Source: Octopus sinensis
Taxonomy: Eukaryota
DNA: 64,000 nt
Direction: 5' to 3'
Assembly (NCBI RefSeq): GCF_006345805.1
Contig: NC_042997.1
Span: 61,504,001-61,568,000, forward strand
Positions within the stretch are counted from its first letter, which is position 1; each line of letters begins with the position of its first letter. The notes under the pieces were generated by a model. It was given only the letters and a program-made list of their open reading frames with translations. It searched no databases and was not told the origin of the DNA. A program made the position numbers and the translations under genes. Shown in pieces: positions 51,438 through 62,790 of the stretch.

Positions 51438-52035
51438 CTTTCCTATCTTTTACTTGTTTTAGACATTGGAAGGGCTTTAGTTGAACGAGTTGACCCTAGT
51501 TCTTATTTTTTTAAAGCCTGTTACTTATTCTATTGGTTTCTTATGCCAAACTGCTAAGCTACAGAGATGTAAACAAACCAACACTGATTGTCAAGCAGTG
51601 GTGGGGTACAAACACAAAGAAACACACATGCCTGTGAACACAAATATATATTTTCTTCTTTCTTTTTACTTCTTCTTTAGGATCTGTTCTCCATGCTGGC
51701 ATGGGTAAGATAGTTTGATGGGACTGCTAAGTTGAAAAGCTGCACCAGACTCCAGTCTGTTTTAGCTTGGTTTCTACTGTTGGGTGCCCTTCCTAATGCC
51801 AACCACTCTACACAGTGTACTGGATGTCTTTTACCTGTCACTGGCATGGGACATGCCATATATGTATGTATGTATACACTGTGGGCTTTTTTCTGTTTCC
51901 ATCTAACAAATCCACACACAAGGCTTTGGTAGCTCGGGGCTATATTAGAAGACATTTGTCTTTGGTGTCATGCAGTAGGACTGAATCCAGAACTATGTGA
52001 TTGGGACGCAAACTTTTTACGACACAGCCATACCC
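51438..52035 (-). mobile_element. Family A SINE with an RTE 3'-end fragment nested in its central microsatellite (about 51680-51858)
   Basis: SINE tail and body 51438-51640, RTE tail motifs (GGTGCCCTTCCTAATGCCAACCAC), then SINE head 51880-52035; ends about 70 nt upstream of the exon at 52105. Confidence 0.65.
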
Positions 52036-52104
52036 ATGTCTCGTAAACTATATTAATGTACAAAACAGTAAGCATCTGTTTACTGATCCTATTTTTTTTT
52101 CCAG

Positions 52105-52273
52105 ATAACGATACTTGCTTTTATGGAAAATGTTACTACTGCAAAGGGAAAGAAAGTGGCGTGTGTGCCCAGAAGACCGTCCTCGAAGGTACCATTGTTC
52201 TTTGGATCTCTCATAAAATGCAACTTTACAGACATCCATGGGGCAGAACATACATTGACAACAAACAAGCTAA
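52105..52273 (+). CDS. FAM20B: FAM20B internal coding exon (169 nt, phase 1-2): (D)NDTCFYGKCYYCKGKESGVCAQKTVLEGTIVLWISHKMQLYRHPWGRTYIDNKQA(K)
   Basis: Poly-T tract plus ccag|AT acceptor and AA|gtaagt donor. CFYGKCYYC and HPWGRTY are FAM20B-type (FAM20C is recalled as CSYYC and PWRRSY). Confidence 0.95.
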
Positions 52274-52319
52274 GTAAGTTTAAACAATTCAATTTCATTG
52301 CAGTTTGCTTTTTGTGTCA

Positions 52320-52325
52320 CCATTG

Positions 52326-52356
<31 letters not shown>

Positions 52357-52588
52357 TTTAAAATCCAGTTTTCCATGCTTGCATGGGTCAGATGGAATTT
52401 GTTTAGGTAGATTTTCTCTGGCTGGATATAGTTCTTGTCATCACCCCCAACCTGTTTCCCAGCAGCAAGGTAATATTTCCCCCTAGCCGAATAAGTTTTC
52501 ACCAAAGATTGGAAATGAATGACACCACTTGTATGACTGTAACATTCATTTACAGCTATCAGGTAATGTCAAAACAAGGTAACGTGCG

Positions 52589-52620
<32 letters not shown>

Positions 52621-52800
52621 TGGAGACACATTCATGTACATGCCATTTATACATTCATAAACATATGCATGCACACACATACTCAGTGGGCTTCTTTCAG
52701 TTTACTTTTCACAAGACTTTGCTTGGTTGAAACTATAGCAGAAGACACTTGCCCAAGGTGCCATGCAATGAGACTGAACTTGAAACCACAAGTTTGGGAT
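52320..52800 (-). mobile_element. Composite SINE: family A tRNA head plus a different body with RTE-type (ATG)n tail
   Basis: Head matches family A (GGGCAAGTGTCTTCTGCTATAG...GAAAGAAGCCC) but the 3' end is ...CCCATGCAAGCATGGAAAACTGGATTTTAAAATGATGATG. Second copy 57615-58115(-), partial copy 5330-5525(+). Confidence 0.6.
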
Positions 52801-55800
52801 TTCATATTTATTTATTTCTGTTCATTTTATATTGTAATTGATGAACAGCAGGAATATAGGTTTGGGGTTTCCAGTAGGCCACTAACTGTTTACATTTCTG
52901 ACAGTATGAGTGGTAAAGAAGTGTCTGTTATTCATTTCAGAACAACTATCACAAGGGATTTCATTTGTAAAGCAATGCTTCTTCACATTACTTGTTTACA
53001 TGTGTATTCTTTGCTGCTGTACTTTAACGAAATATATATATATATGTATATATACACACATGTGCACGCACACACACACTGTTTGTTGTTATTCCACCCT
53101 AGGAAGGTCAGTCCTAATGAATGAAAGATGTTCTAGCCATGACTATCCCATTTGTTATTTAGATGAAGTTTATAGCTAAGACTTCATTATCCAATGTGTC
53201 TTTATTCAACAGATTAAATGACTACATAGAGGCTCCTTTGTTCATTGATCTAATATTGTTCTATCAGAAATTAAGCAAGTCTTAAATAGATACAGAAAGG
53301 CACAGATAGACAGACAGACCTTGCACATCTATATCTTGCTCGAATTCCTTCTATGTTATTTATGACTTACAGTTAATAAATAATCAGATTTAAGCATGGT
53401 TAGCCATAGGCAGGTAGTGAGATGCATTTGTAAATGCAGTGCTGTTGATGAGCAACTAACACATCATATATTGAATCAAAATTTTCAGCATCTGAATACT
53501 TCAGTATAGATTATTAAATCAATGTTGCCTCCTTTATCTATGACAATGATTAACTTGTGAAATTGATGAAGCACATAAATAACAGGCTAGAAAACAATGA
53601 CTGTTCAATGCCAAAACAGCTCCATAGTTGCACAGTGTGAATTTAAACAAAATAAGCAATTATCTTTTGGCAGTTACTTGAGATTGCATACGATCAAATT
53701 GGGAATGGAAACACTGCTACATGGAAGATAACATACATTGTAGCATGTGAATATTCAAAGGAAAGGACTATTTGAAATAGAGAATTCATGCAAAAGGATC
53801 TCAGAAACACACACACACACACACCAAACATATGACATTGTAGAGTTAGGTTTTACTTGAAATGTTAAGATATTTATAATGTATAAGGAAAAGGAATATT
53901 GATTTCAAATTTTGGCACAAGGCCAGTAATTTTGGGATAGGGGTAAATTGATTACATTGATCTCAGTGTTCAACTGGTAGTTACTTTATTGACCCTGAAA
54001 AGATGAAAGGCAAAGTTGACCTCTGCAGAATTTGAACTCAAAACATAAAGACAGATGAAATACTGCTAAGCATTTTGCCTGGCATGCTAGCAATTCTGCC
54101 AGCTTGCCACCTTAAGAGAAAGAAATGATAAATATATATGCCTTCTTTGCTTTTTGACTTAAACTTCAAACTTACAAATCTGTTTCAATTTAACGTAATG
54201 GGGAAGAGATTGTCTCGCCAATGACAGCTGACCACTAGGGATACTCCACATATTTAATCTTTCTCACTCTGTTAGAAAGTCTCAAGTTTCAAACCCTTGT
54301 TGAAGGTAATTCATTTCACTCTACATTCCTAATATCTGTTATAAAAGCACTAATGTTACATGCATTCTAATCCCTATCCTTTATAAATTTCTTTACCTAT
54401 ACCCCTTATTTTAGCTCTACCATGACTCACATGTCAGAGCCTTACTAAATACTGTAACTTAATCTTAGCCAGATTACTGAAACTCCTTCCCAGAATTGTT
54501 TCTCCATCTCAAACACTGCCATAAACTGTACCTAATTCTCAGATTTTGAGTAAATACTTTGCCCATCTCATGCCTCTGTCTCCTTGTGATTCACATTTCC
54601 CTGCTCATTAATAACCAGAAACAATTGAAACTGAACATTAACCACACTGCATTGGCTCTACTTTGTTGCTATTGCTTGTCTCCTCAAAATGTACAAAACA
54701 CTGAAAGCAATAACGATCAGTAGTGCTATCAGAATGAAACTGGTTATCAGCCAGGCATATTGTCTACCTCATGTTAGACCATGATCTTTATCTAAACACT
54801 TGATTCACTTCCAATAAAATAACATTAGATCAATGAACAGTGAAGAAGCCTGTATGCCAGAAAAGGCAGTTTGATTCTCCCTCATTCACACCTTACCATC
54901 TTCAAAAGAGACTCTTTGAATTATGTAACTTTTAGATATACACTATGTGTTAGGTATGCACTAATAGATGAGATGGTTATGATAAAACTACCTTTGATCA
55001 ATTTTTCTAGGTTAAGCAACAATATTGCAGCAGGGTTTAAACTCATAAGTTTGTGAATTCACATCTTAAGTTCACAGCTTACGGGCGTTGGTTTAACCCA
55101 TTAGCATTTAAGCTAGTCATGTCCAACCCAAATATTCTGCCTGTTTTGTTTTCAGACCATCAGATCCAGCCTCTTACACCTATCCTATAATGTCATTCTA
55201 AAAATAAGTGGTCACATCATTGAAATCGTAAAGCTACAAGATAATGCATGATAAATTCAAAACAATGTGAATAACTAAGCATTACATTTGACAGAACAAT
55301 CTGATGGCTAAAGAGTTAAATCTAAAGTGAACAACATTCAAATTCTCTTGCTGCTTGTGTCAGATAAATAACTGCAAAAATTCACATATTTTTCATCATG
55401 TTTTCCTGTCAACCTCGTTAGCATTAGTAATGAGTATGAAAGTCATTTGCTATTCTGGTCACAAATTTTTGTTTGCTATTGAAAATACATTTAGTGGTAA
55501 CAAAATATATTGTGAGATATAATATCCTCTTGGACTGGATAAATTAAATCTTTCAGATTAATCTACATTGAGATAAAATAAAATCTATTGCAGTATTAAT
55601 TTACTTATGTATGCAGATGTATAATGAAATAGTATAAGTACATCACTATACCGAAGTGGCTAGATATGAGTGGAAAAGAAAAATATAAACATTTATACAT
55701 TGGTATTTTGCTTTTGATAAATATTAATATGGTTACATCTGCAGTACAATGCCAATAGTAAGCATCCTGATATTTCTTAGTTCAGCCTATGAAAAGTAGT

Positions 55801-56059
55801 TGTATAGAATAGTGTTCTTGATATCATAAATGGTTTCTTTTCTATGAGGAAAATATATACAGAATCCAATATGGAAGCCTCTGTGTAATCTCATGAACTG
55901 TTAGAAATAGCAGCCAAATTTCTCTCAAAACATACCTGTCTTAAATGAAGGATATAATAGATAATGTAGTCTAGGATATAGTATTGAAAATTAAAAAATG
56001 AAATAATAGTCATGGCTTAAATGCCTTTGGTATTAGGTTTCAGGGACCAGGACCCAACT

Positions 56060-57450
56060 TGGGACTAAAAAATAAGAACAAATACATGGAGGAATTCTGA
56101 AAGGGTTGTATTTCTAATGAGTAACATTTGGATTGAATGTTTAGAGAGCCAAATTTTGAGTATTATGAACAGTGAGTATACCAGGAAGCATAGTCAAGAG
56201 AGAATTAAGTGGGGTTGGGTAAATATGGAAGTCATGTGGCTGGTTCAGAGGAACATGAAGTGGCATTATGGAAATATTTGGAGGAAAAGCAGAAGTGAGA
56301 GAGAGATTATAACATGTGTATTTGTTAGCTGGTTGTAGTGGGTTAGTGAGTGTATCTTTACCAATCAGGCTGATGACTTTTAGGGGTGTGATACAATTTC
56401 AGATGTTTGTGTAGCAGCAGCACCATTCCATATGTATGAGTCCTGCATGACTGCAATGCATGCATAAGATATATAATGAATTCAAATGACAAATCCTATT
56501 TTAGCATGAGTAGGAAGAAGGTACATATAACTTGCTAGCTGCCTTGGGTCTTCATCTCCTGGTAGAATTGTAGGGGCATTGTTGTGACATACTGCACATC
56601 TTGGGTTGTTTTACACCTGAAAGAGCTTATCCCTCTGCAGGTCCAACTACTGTAAAAATTTTTACAGAATATGAGTCTAACTGACAAAGAGAAAGAACAA
56701 AAGGGAGACAGAGAAAACTACTTTGAAAAGCAAATGGTACCAAAGAATAAGTTGGATTTGAACACTGAGCACTCAGTGCCACAATGAGTGTCACAGGACA
56801 GTCTGTCAAACACTAACAACTTGGTTAACTCACCACCTTCAACTATAGGGTTTTGATTTTTAAAATTACGTGCTACATCTTAAGTACAAGGAGTTGCCCT
56901 TAGTCTGAAGAGCATTCAAATGTAGTTCACATTTAGCTTTGTAGAAGGTCAGTGACAAATCAGGACTGAAGTGTTTTCAAAACCTGAAGACAAAGCCATG
57001 TCTTTCAAATGCATCACCATAGATTGTGAAAGCTAACATCATTTAAAGCAATTTAAAAAAAGTTTTATTTCTATTTTGTTTCTGAGTAAGGAAGAGTGTT
57101 GTGTTAGAATATTGTTTCACTTATGTGCAGAGTTATTATGTCTTTGTGTTGTTGAAGGAGATTGAATTGTCATGTCCCCATTACAAGATGTTTTAAAGGT
57201 TTCTGATGTCTATAGCAGTGTTGAGGGATTGTATCTTTTGTATAGAAGTGGGTTGTTAAAAGTATCAGAAATAAGGTTATTAATATCCAAAAGGGGGGGG
57301 GGGGTAGGAGACATAAACCAAGCCCTAAGGAATACCAGTTGATAGAACATGGGATGGAAAAAGTTAAGTGAAGACATGCTGTTGTAGAGCCCTCTCTGAC
57401 TAGGAGCTTCTGGTCAAGAGATGATAGACACAAGTTTAGTTATGAGATAT
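56060..57450 (-). mobile_element. Highly decayed CR1/Jockey-type LINE (RT C-terminal half)
   Basis: SIN.GIP*G (for GVPQG), PRQLASYM..YACIAVMQDSYIWNGAAATQ (for P..LL.LY..RP.MEY.SH.WGG). Many stops and frameshifts. Confidence 0.45.
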
Positions 57451-57505
57451 GATCAAAAGCTATGCTACTATTAGGTATAGCAATGATGTTTCTGATAAAT
57501 TGTGA

Positions 57506-57556
57506 AGACCACTGATGAATTATGTGGGAAATGAAATACCTGATAAGTCTGGTTCT
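57506..57556 (+). ncRNA. Candidate minimal type-I hammerhead, sense to FAM20B
   Basis: AGACCA-CUGAUGA-AUU(8 nt)AAU-GAAA-U(ACCUGAUAA)G-UC|UGGUUCU. Core complete; stems II and III weak. Confidence 0.3.
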
Positions 57557-57907
57557 ATGGAAATCAGTGGTTGTTGAAAAGAGAAGTTTTATGATTTTAA
57601 AAGGAATGGTCTCTCCTCCTCCTCCTCATCATCATCATCATTTTAATGTCCAGTTTTCCTTGCTTGCATGACTCGAATGGAGTTTATTGGGACAGATTTT
57701 CTATGGTTAGACACTTTTTATGTTGCCATTACTCATCTGTTTTCAAGCAAACTAATATTTCCCCATGATAAAACATAATCTCACAGAATATTGGAAAGGA
57801 ATGACATTGCTTGTATGACAGTGACAATCATTTTACAACTACCATATAACATAAACAGAAAGAGACACAAAAATACAGACACTCACACGTGCACACAAAT
57901 ACACACA

Positions 57908-57973
<66 letters not shown>

Positions 57974-58179
57974 TGATGGGCTTATTTTAGTTTTCATCTA
58001 CCAAATCCACCCACAGAGCTTTGGTTGGCCTGGGGCTACAGAAGAAAACACTTGCCCAAGTGTCATGCAGTAGTACTGAGCCAGAAAGCTTTTTACCTCA
58101 TAGCCATGCCTGCACCTGTATGGTTGTTTATGACTGTTTCCATTATGTTTAAAAATGTTGGAAGTGAGGGTGATAGGCT

Positions 58180-58790
58180 AATGGTTGTTATAAATAGAGA
58201 AAATTACTATTTTAAGGAGATGAGATATACTCTGTGTACATTCACATGTTTGTTTAAACTGGACGATATCCCTTACAGAGGATAGTGTGGTGAAGATAGA
58301 AGGTAGCTTAGAAGAGCAGTGTTTGAGATTGAAGAAAGAAATATATTTGTATCTGTTGGCTAACTGGGTTGGAGCCAATGGGAAAATGTTTGTAGTTGAT
58401 AACTGTACACCCATCCAGAAAAGACAGATGATAAGAGATGAAGCTCTGAATGAGCCTGCACACACATACATGTGTGTGTGTCTGTGTGTAACTAAAATAG
58501 ACAGCATAGGTGATAGTTATTTCTGCAATAATGTTACTTAGAAAGATATCTTAGCTGAAGAGTAGTGGCTAATAAGCTTGTATAAAGTTTATAGAGCTCC
58601 TTTAATAAGAGACTTAAAGTCCTGGCTGCCGCATGGTGGGTAAGAGAGCTTGCAATCAACGGCATGAATGGAATATTGTCTTGCTTACCTGATGGTGACT
58701 TTGCATAATTGTAATAGTGGGTGAATGCCTTCCAGTAGTTGTTGGTGGTGGGTGAATTTTTACAGATAGCATAAGTTGGGTTCCTTAACT
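58180..58790 (-). mobile_element. Possible Penelope-like RT remnant
   Basis: QDNIPFMPLIASS..AARTLSLLLKEL resembles K.NIPLRPIIS..LAK.L..LL.PL, and FPIGSNPVSQQI resembles AMGS..SP.LANI; weak. Confidence 0.3.
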
Positions 58791-58810
58791 TACCAAGGTA
58801 GCTTGTACAT

Positions 58811-58956
58811 CAGTTGTCTGCAAACTATGGCCTGCAGGACATTCTGAATAGCAAGCCTAATGAAAAATTACCTTGAATTTTTGGGGTAGTGTGATCTGTC
58901 TGATGATCAGTCATGTCTTGTGTGGCCCACTTTTTGGAAAAGGTTGCCAACACCTG
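58811..58956. mobile_element. hAT-type MITE, 146 bp
   Basis: Imperfect TIRs CAGTTGTCTGCAAACT / AGGTTGCCAACACCTG with subterminal GGCC(T/C)GC-like motifs; more diverged relative at about 1085-1215. No matching 8-bp TSD seen. Confidence 0.5.
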
Positions 58957-59735
58957 ACATAAACTATTTAAAGATTTTGCAGGTTTCTCAGCTTTGATTA
59001 TATGGGATTGGGGAGAGATACATACATGTCATGCTAATGTGAAGCTATATCTGTCGATAGATACTGAAGACATTGTCTTTCTTTGACCTCATCTCTTTCA
59101 TAATCATAGCCATCCTTATCATCATTTTTAGTACCTTTAATGTTAGCATCAATACTATCTCATCCATCACATTACTACTCTAAGGTTTGTGTCTTCATCT
59201 TTCCTTGTTTTTTAATACTTAATATTATCTTTTATTATTAGCTTTTATCATAAGGTGCTGAGCTGGCAGAATCATTAGCACACCAGGTAAAATACTAAGC
59301 AGCATTTCATCTATTTTCACATTCTGAGTTCAAATCATGCCAAGGTTGACTTTGCCTTTCATCGTTGATAAAACAAATACCAGTTGAGTACCGGGATTAA
59401 TGTAATTGATTTGCCTCTGTCTTGAAATTGCTGGCCTTGCACCAAAAGTTGAAGCTATTATTAGCTTGTTTCATAAGGCAATGAGGTTGAAGGATCAGTA
59501 GAGCACTGAAAAGATGCTTTGCAACATTTCCTTTTGTTTTTTTACATTTTGAGTTCAAATCAACATTGCCTTTGATCCCTTTGTAAGCCAATAGAATTAA
59601 GTACCAGTCAAATACTAGGGAATCAATGTAATCATCTAATCTCTTCCCCTAAAATTACTGGCCTTGAGCCAAAACTAGAGAAAATTATCAGCTCTTATCA
59701 TAATTATTAAATTATTATATAATTTTGAATTCCAG

Positions 59736-59924
59736 GTGGGAGACCGATGCTAAATTCTGTGATAAAGTTCTTCAAACTGACATGTACAAATTAGGAATTC
59801 GACTTCTAGATATCATCGATACATCAGTATTTGATTATATTATTGGTAATGCTGACCGGCATCATTATGAAACTTTCCATGAATTCCCAGACAGCATGGT
59901 GATTATGCTAGACAATGGTAAAAG
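59736..59924 (+). CDS. FAM20B: FAM20B catalytic exon (189 nt, phase 2-2): (K)[62 protein letters not shown](S/R)
   Basis: ttccag|G acceptor and AG|gtaaca donor. Contains RLLDIID, the catalytic GNADRHHYE motif and the metal-binding LDN motif of FAM20 kinases. Confidence 0.96.
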
Positions 59925-60399
59925 GTAACAATCACACTTTTATTTCTTCTGTGTTCACTTGTGTTATTGTTATTTTACTTTATTTTATTTTAATAGCAGC
60001 TGACAATTCTCAAGTTTTCAGATTACTTTTGCTTGTAGAATGCTTCTGGTGGCAGAAAGATCAGAGCTGACCTGTTTGTTATAAGTTTCACAATAAACTT
60101 GTGTCATGAGGTTGCTCAACTTTCTAGAAGTGGCAGTCAAATCTCCCTCAGTTTACACTCTATTTTCTTAAAAAATATATAGTTGATTCAGTAATCTTCT
60201 GTAATGTTCTAGAATGACTATAGTTCAATAAATGATCAGGTCGTTTGAGATGGAATGTTTTTGATTAGTGGTGCTAAACAATAACTTGTGTCAGTCTACA
60301 GTTCACCCATAAAAGTGTACTGAAAGGACAGTTAGAAATAACTGTGGACACTTCTACCTCACCTTTGTACATGCACACACCACACATGTACATTCAATA

Positions 60400-60930
60400 G
60401 GCTGGTGACTATAATCTTTGTAAACTGCTTATAGAGGCAAGGCAAGCAGCATATGGGGTGATAGATTTTTTTTTTTTTTTCTTAATCTTCATTATCACTC
60501 TTCTTATGAAACAAGATGGTATTTGACTCTTTCTGCAGTAAGGGTATTTTACCCTCTTGCAGATAGCGATTGAAGCATAGAACAAAGATTTTTCACTTCC
60601 ACATCTTAGCATCTCTGTTGTAATAACATCTTTCCCAGGAGCTTCATCTGTTTTCATCCATTTCAGAGTATTTTCAGCTTCACTGACCCGAATTGGTGGC
60701 ACTTCTAATATTTGTGTCAGTGAAAGATTGAGCTTCACTGATGATTTATAAAGGTTGTTGTAAAAGGTTTTGCATGCCTTTTCCATCTTCCTCTTGTCTA
60801 TTACTATGAGTCCATCCTTGTTCTTAAGCACCATCACCTCTAACCTATAGAGTACTAGTCCTCTCCTGCATCTTTTTAGATTTCTCCTTTGCTGGTTCAT
60901 AAAATTAAAAACTGCTTATGTAAAGCATGA
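60400..60930 (-). mobile_element. RTE-1-type LINE ORF2 fragment (linker to start of RT)
   Basis: EVPPIRVSEAENTLKWMKTDEAPGKDVITTEMLRCG...KYPYC...RRV...TPYAACL matches the pre-RT motif PPI..SEV..A...MK..KAPG.D.IT.EML and NYRPICL. Confidence 0.75.
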
Positions 60931-61344
60931 ACTGCAAGCCAGCAGGTGCCTGAAGGAAGAATTTCAGAGGAGGTGAAGAAAAATTCTAGATAAATGGCAA
61001 ACTATGAAGGGAAACGCACACACACACACACACACCATCATCATGATCATGATGATGATGATCATCATCGTCGTCGTCATCATCATCATCATCATCATCA
61101 CCCATTTTCCATGCTGGTATGGACTGGATGGTTTAACAGGGGCTGACTAGGTAGAAGACTGTGCAAGGCTTCAATGTCTATTTTGGCAAAGTTTTTATGG
61201 CTGGATGCTTTTCCTAACACAAACTACCTTACAGAGTGGACTATATATATATGACTTAAGCATAGAGGTACTAATAACCTGGTGTTAGAATTCAATATAC
61301 ATATGCTTCAGAATGAAGCATCAGTTGAGTTCAGAGTGGTAATA

Positions 61345-61653
61345 GGAAATTAGAATGACAAAGAAGAGTAATTATGTTATGAAATTCATTAGCTTACAGC
61401 TATTTCAGCTTATAAGATGCAATGCACCCATACTCGAATGCTTGAGTATCACCCTATAACTTCATCAGAGCTTCACCTCAAAGCTTCATTGGAGTTTCAA
61501 ACATGAAGTGTACTTTATGTTTGAAGCTCCATTAAAGCTATAGTGTAACACTCAAGCCCTCAGCTATGAGTGCATTGCATCTTATAGTTGAAACAGCTGT
61601 AAGCTAAAGAAGTTTATAACATAATTGTCCTTTCCTTTGTCATTCTAATTTCT
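61345..61653. repeat. About 310-bp near-perfect palindrome built from an inverted hammerhead-bearing (Penelope-like) terminal repeat
   Basis: Arms GGAAATTAGAATGACAAAG...CAAACATGAAGTG | TACTTTATGTTTG...CTTTGTCATTCTAATTTCT with centre at about 61510; TA on both outer flanks. Confidence 0.8.
61391..61472 (-). ncRNA. Minimal type-I hammerhead ribozyme with intact core
   Basis: Minus: AGCU-CUGAUGA-AGUUAUAGG...CUUAUAAGCU-GAAA-U-AGCU-G-UA|AGCU. Stem I 4 bp, stem II about 9 bp with one bulge, stem III A-U plus U.G closed by the palindromic AGCU tetraloop, GUA triplet. Confidence 0.7.
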
Positions 61654-62444
61654 TATATATATATATGTGTGTGTGTGTATTGGAATAATTACTCTGAAAC
61701 ATTATGTATGTATGCATGCATGCATGTATGTACAGTGAACTTGCTATGGGGAGTGGAAGATCCCATGTTTTGGACAGTGTCCTTTGGGGGAAGAGTTGAA
61801 AGGAGAGAAATAAATGAAGCACAGCAGAGTTTTACATCCTCTAATTAAAAAAAATTAGCTTCAACTGATAAGGAGCACAGGAGCATGTGTGCTTCATACA
61901 CATAAAGGAAGTCATAAGAGAAAAGTGTAAGAAGGAAGAAGGAAAAGACTAATGGAATGAGAAACAGACAAGGTCAAGAGTGAAGAGAAAAGAAAAAATG
62001 TGGTGAGATGGGAGTTGAAGGATAAGGATGGGTTTAATCAACTAAAAAGATTGTAGGAATAGAAGAAATAAATGTTCATTTAAACACCCACACGCACAGT
62101 AAATATTTATGCTGTGTATTTGGAAACCTAAGATAAAAATTTCAATAGTTAAACTATGGGCCCTAGGCTTTTTGCTGTAGAACTCTAAACAGATAGGAAT
62201 ACATTTTGCTATTTTCTTTATATTCAGAAAGAGACAAGATGTATTCATGTTTATTTAAAGTTGTCCTACGTGGATAATAGTAATGTTGTCTTTCAAGTAT
62301 CTGTGTTCCAAAGAGGCAAGCAAGTTATGTACTAATGGTCTTCTTTTGTATCTAGATTGATGATCGTTTTCATGGAAATGGAAATTTCTTGTGAATACTT
62401 TTGTGAGAATTTTGTAAACAAAGACTCCGTTTTCCTCTTAGTCA

Positions 62445-62790
62445 TGGCTGTGTTGTTAGGAAGCTCACTTTGCAACCATGTGATTTCAGGTTCAGCCCCA
62501 TTGCATAGCACCTTGGGCAAGTGGCTTTGATTAATGCCATATGAGTGAATTCGGCAGATGGAACCTGTGTGGAAACCCATTGTATATCTATTTGTGTGTT
62601 TGTGTTTGTCCACCATCATCACCACCACATGGTAACTGATGTTGGTTTGTTTACACTCCTGTAACTTAGCAGGTTGGCAAAATATTCTATTAGAATAAGT
62701 ACTAGGCTTAAAAATTAATAAGTACTGGGGTCAATTTGTTCAACTATACCCTTCAAAGTGGTACCCCAACATGGCCACAGTCCAAGTTTT
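62445..62790 (+). mobile_element. Family A SINE, near full length
   Basis: Head CATGGCTGTGTTGTTAGG..GGTTCAGCCCC; tail GTGGTACCCCAACATGGCCACAGTCC. Confidence 0.75.
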
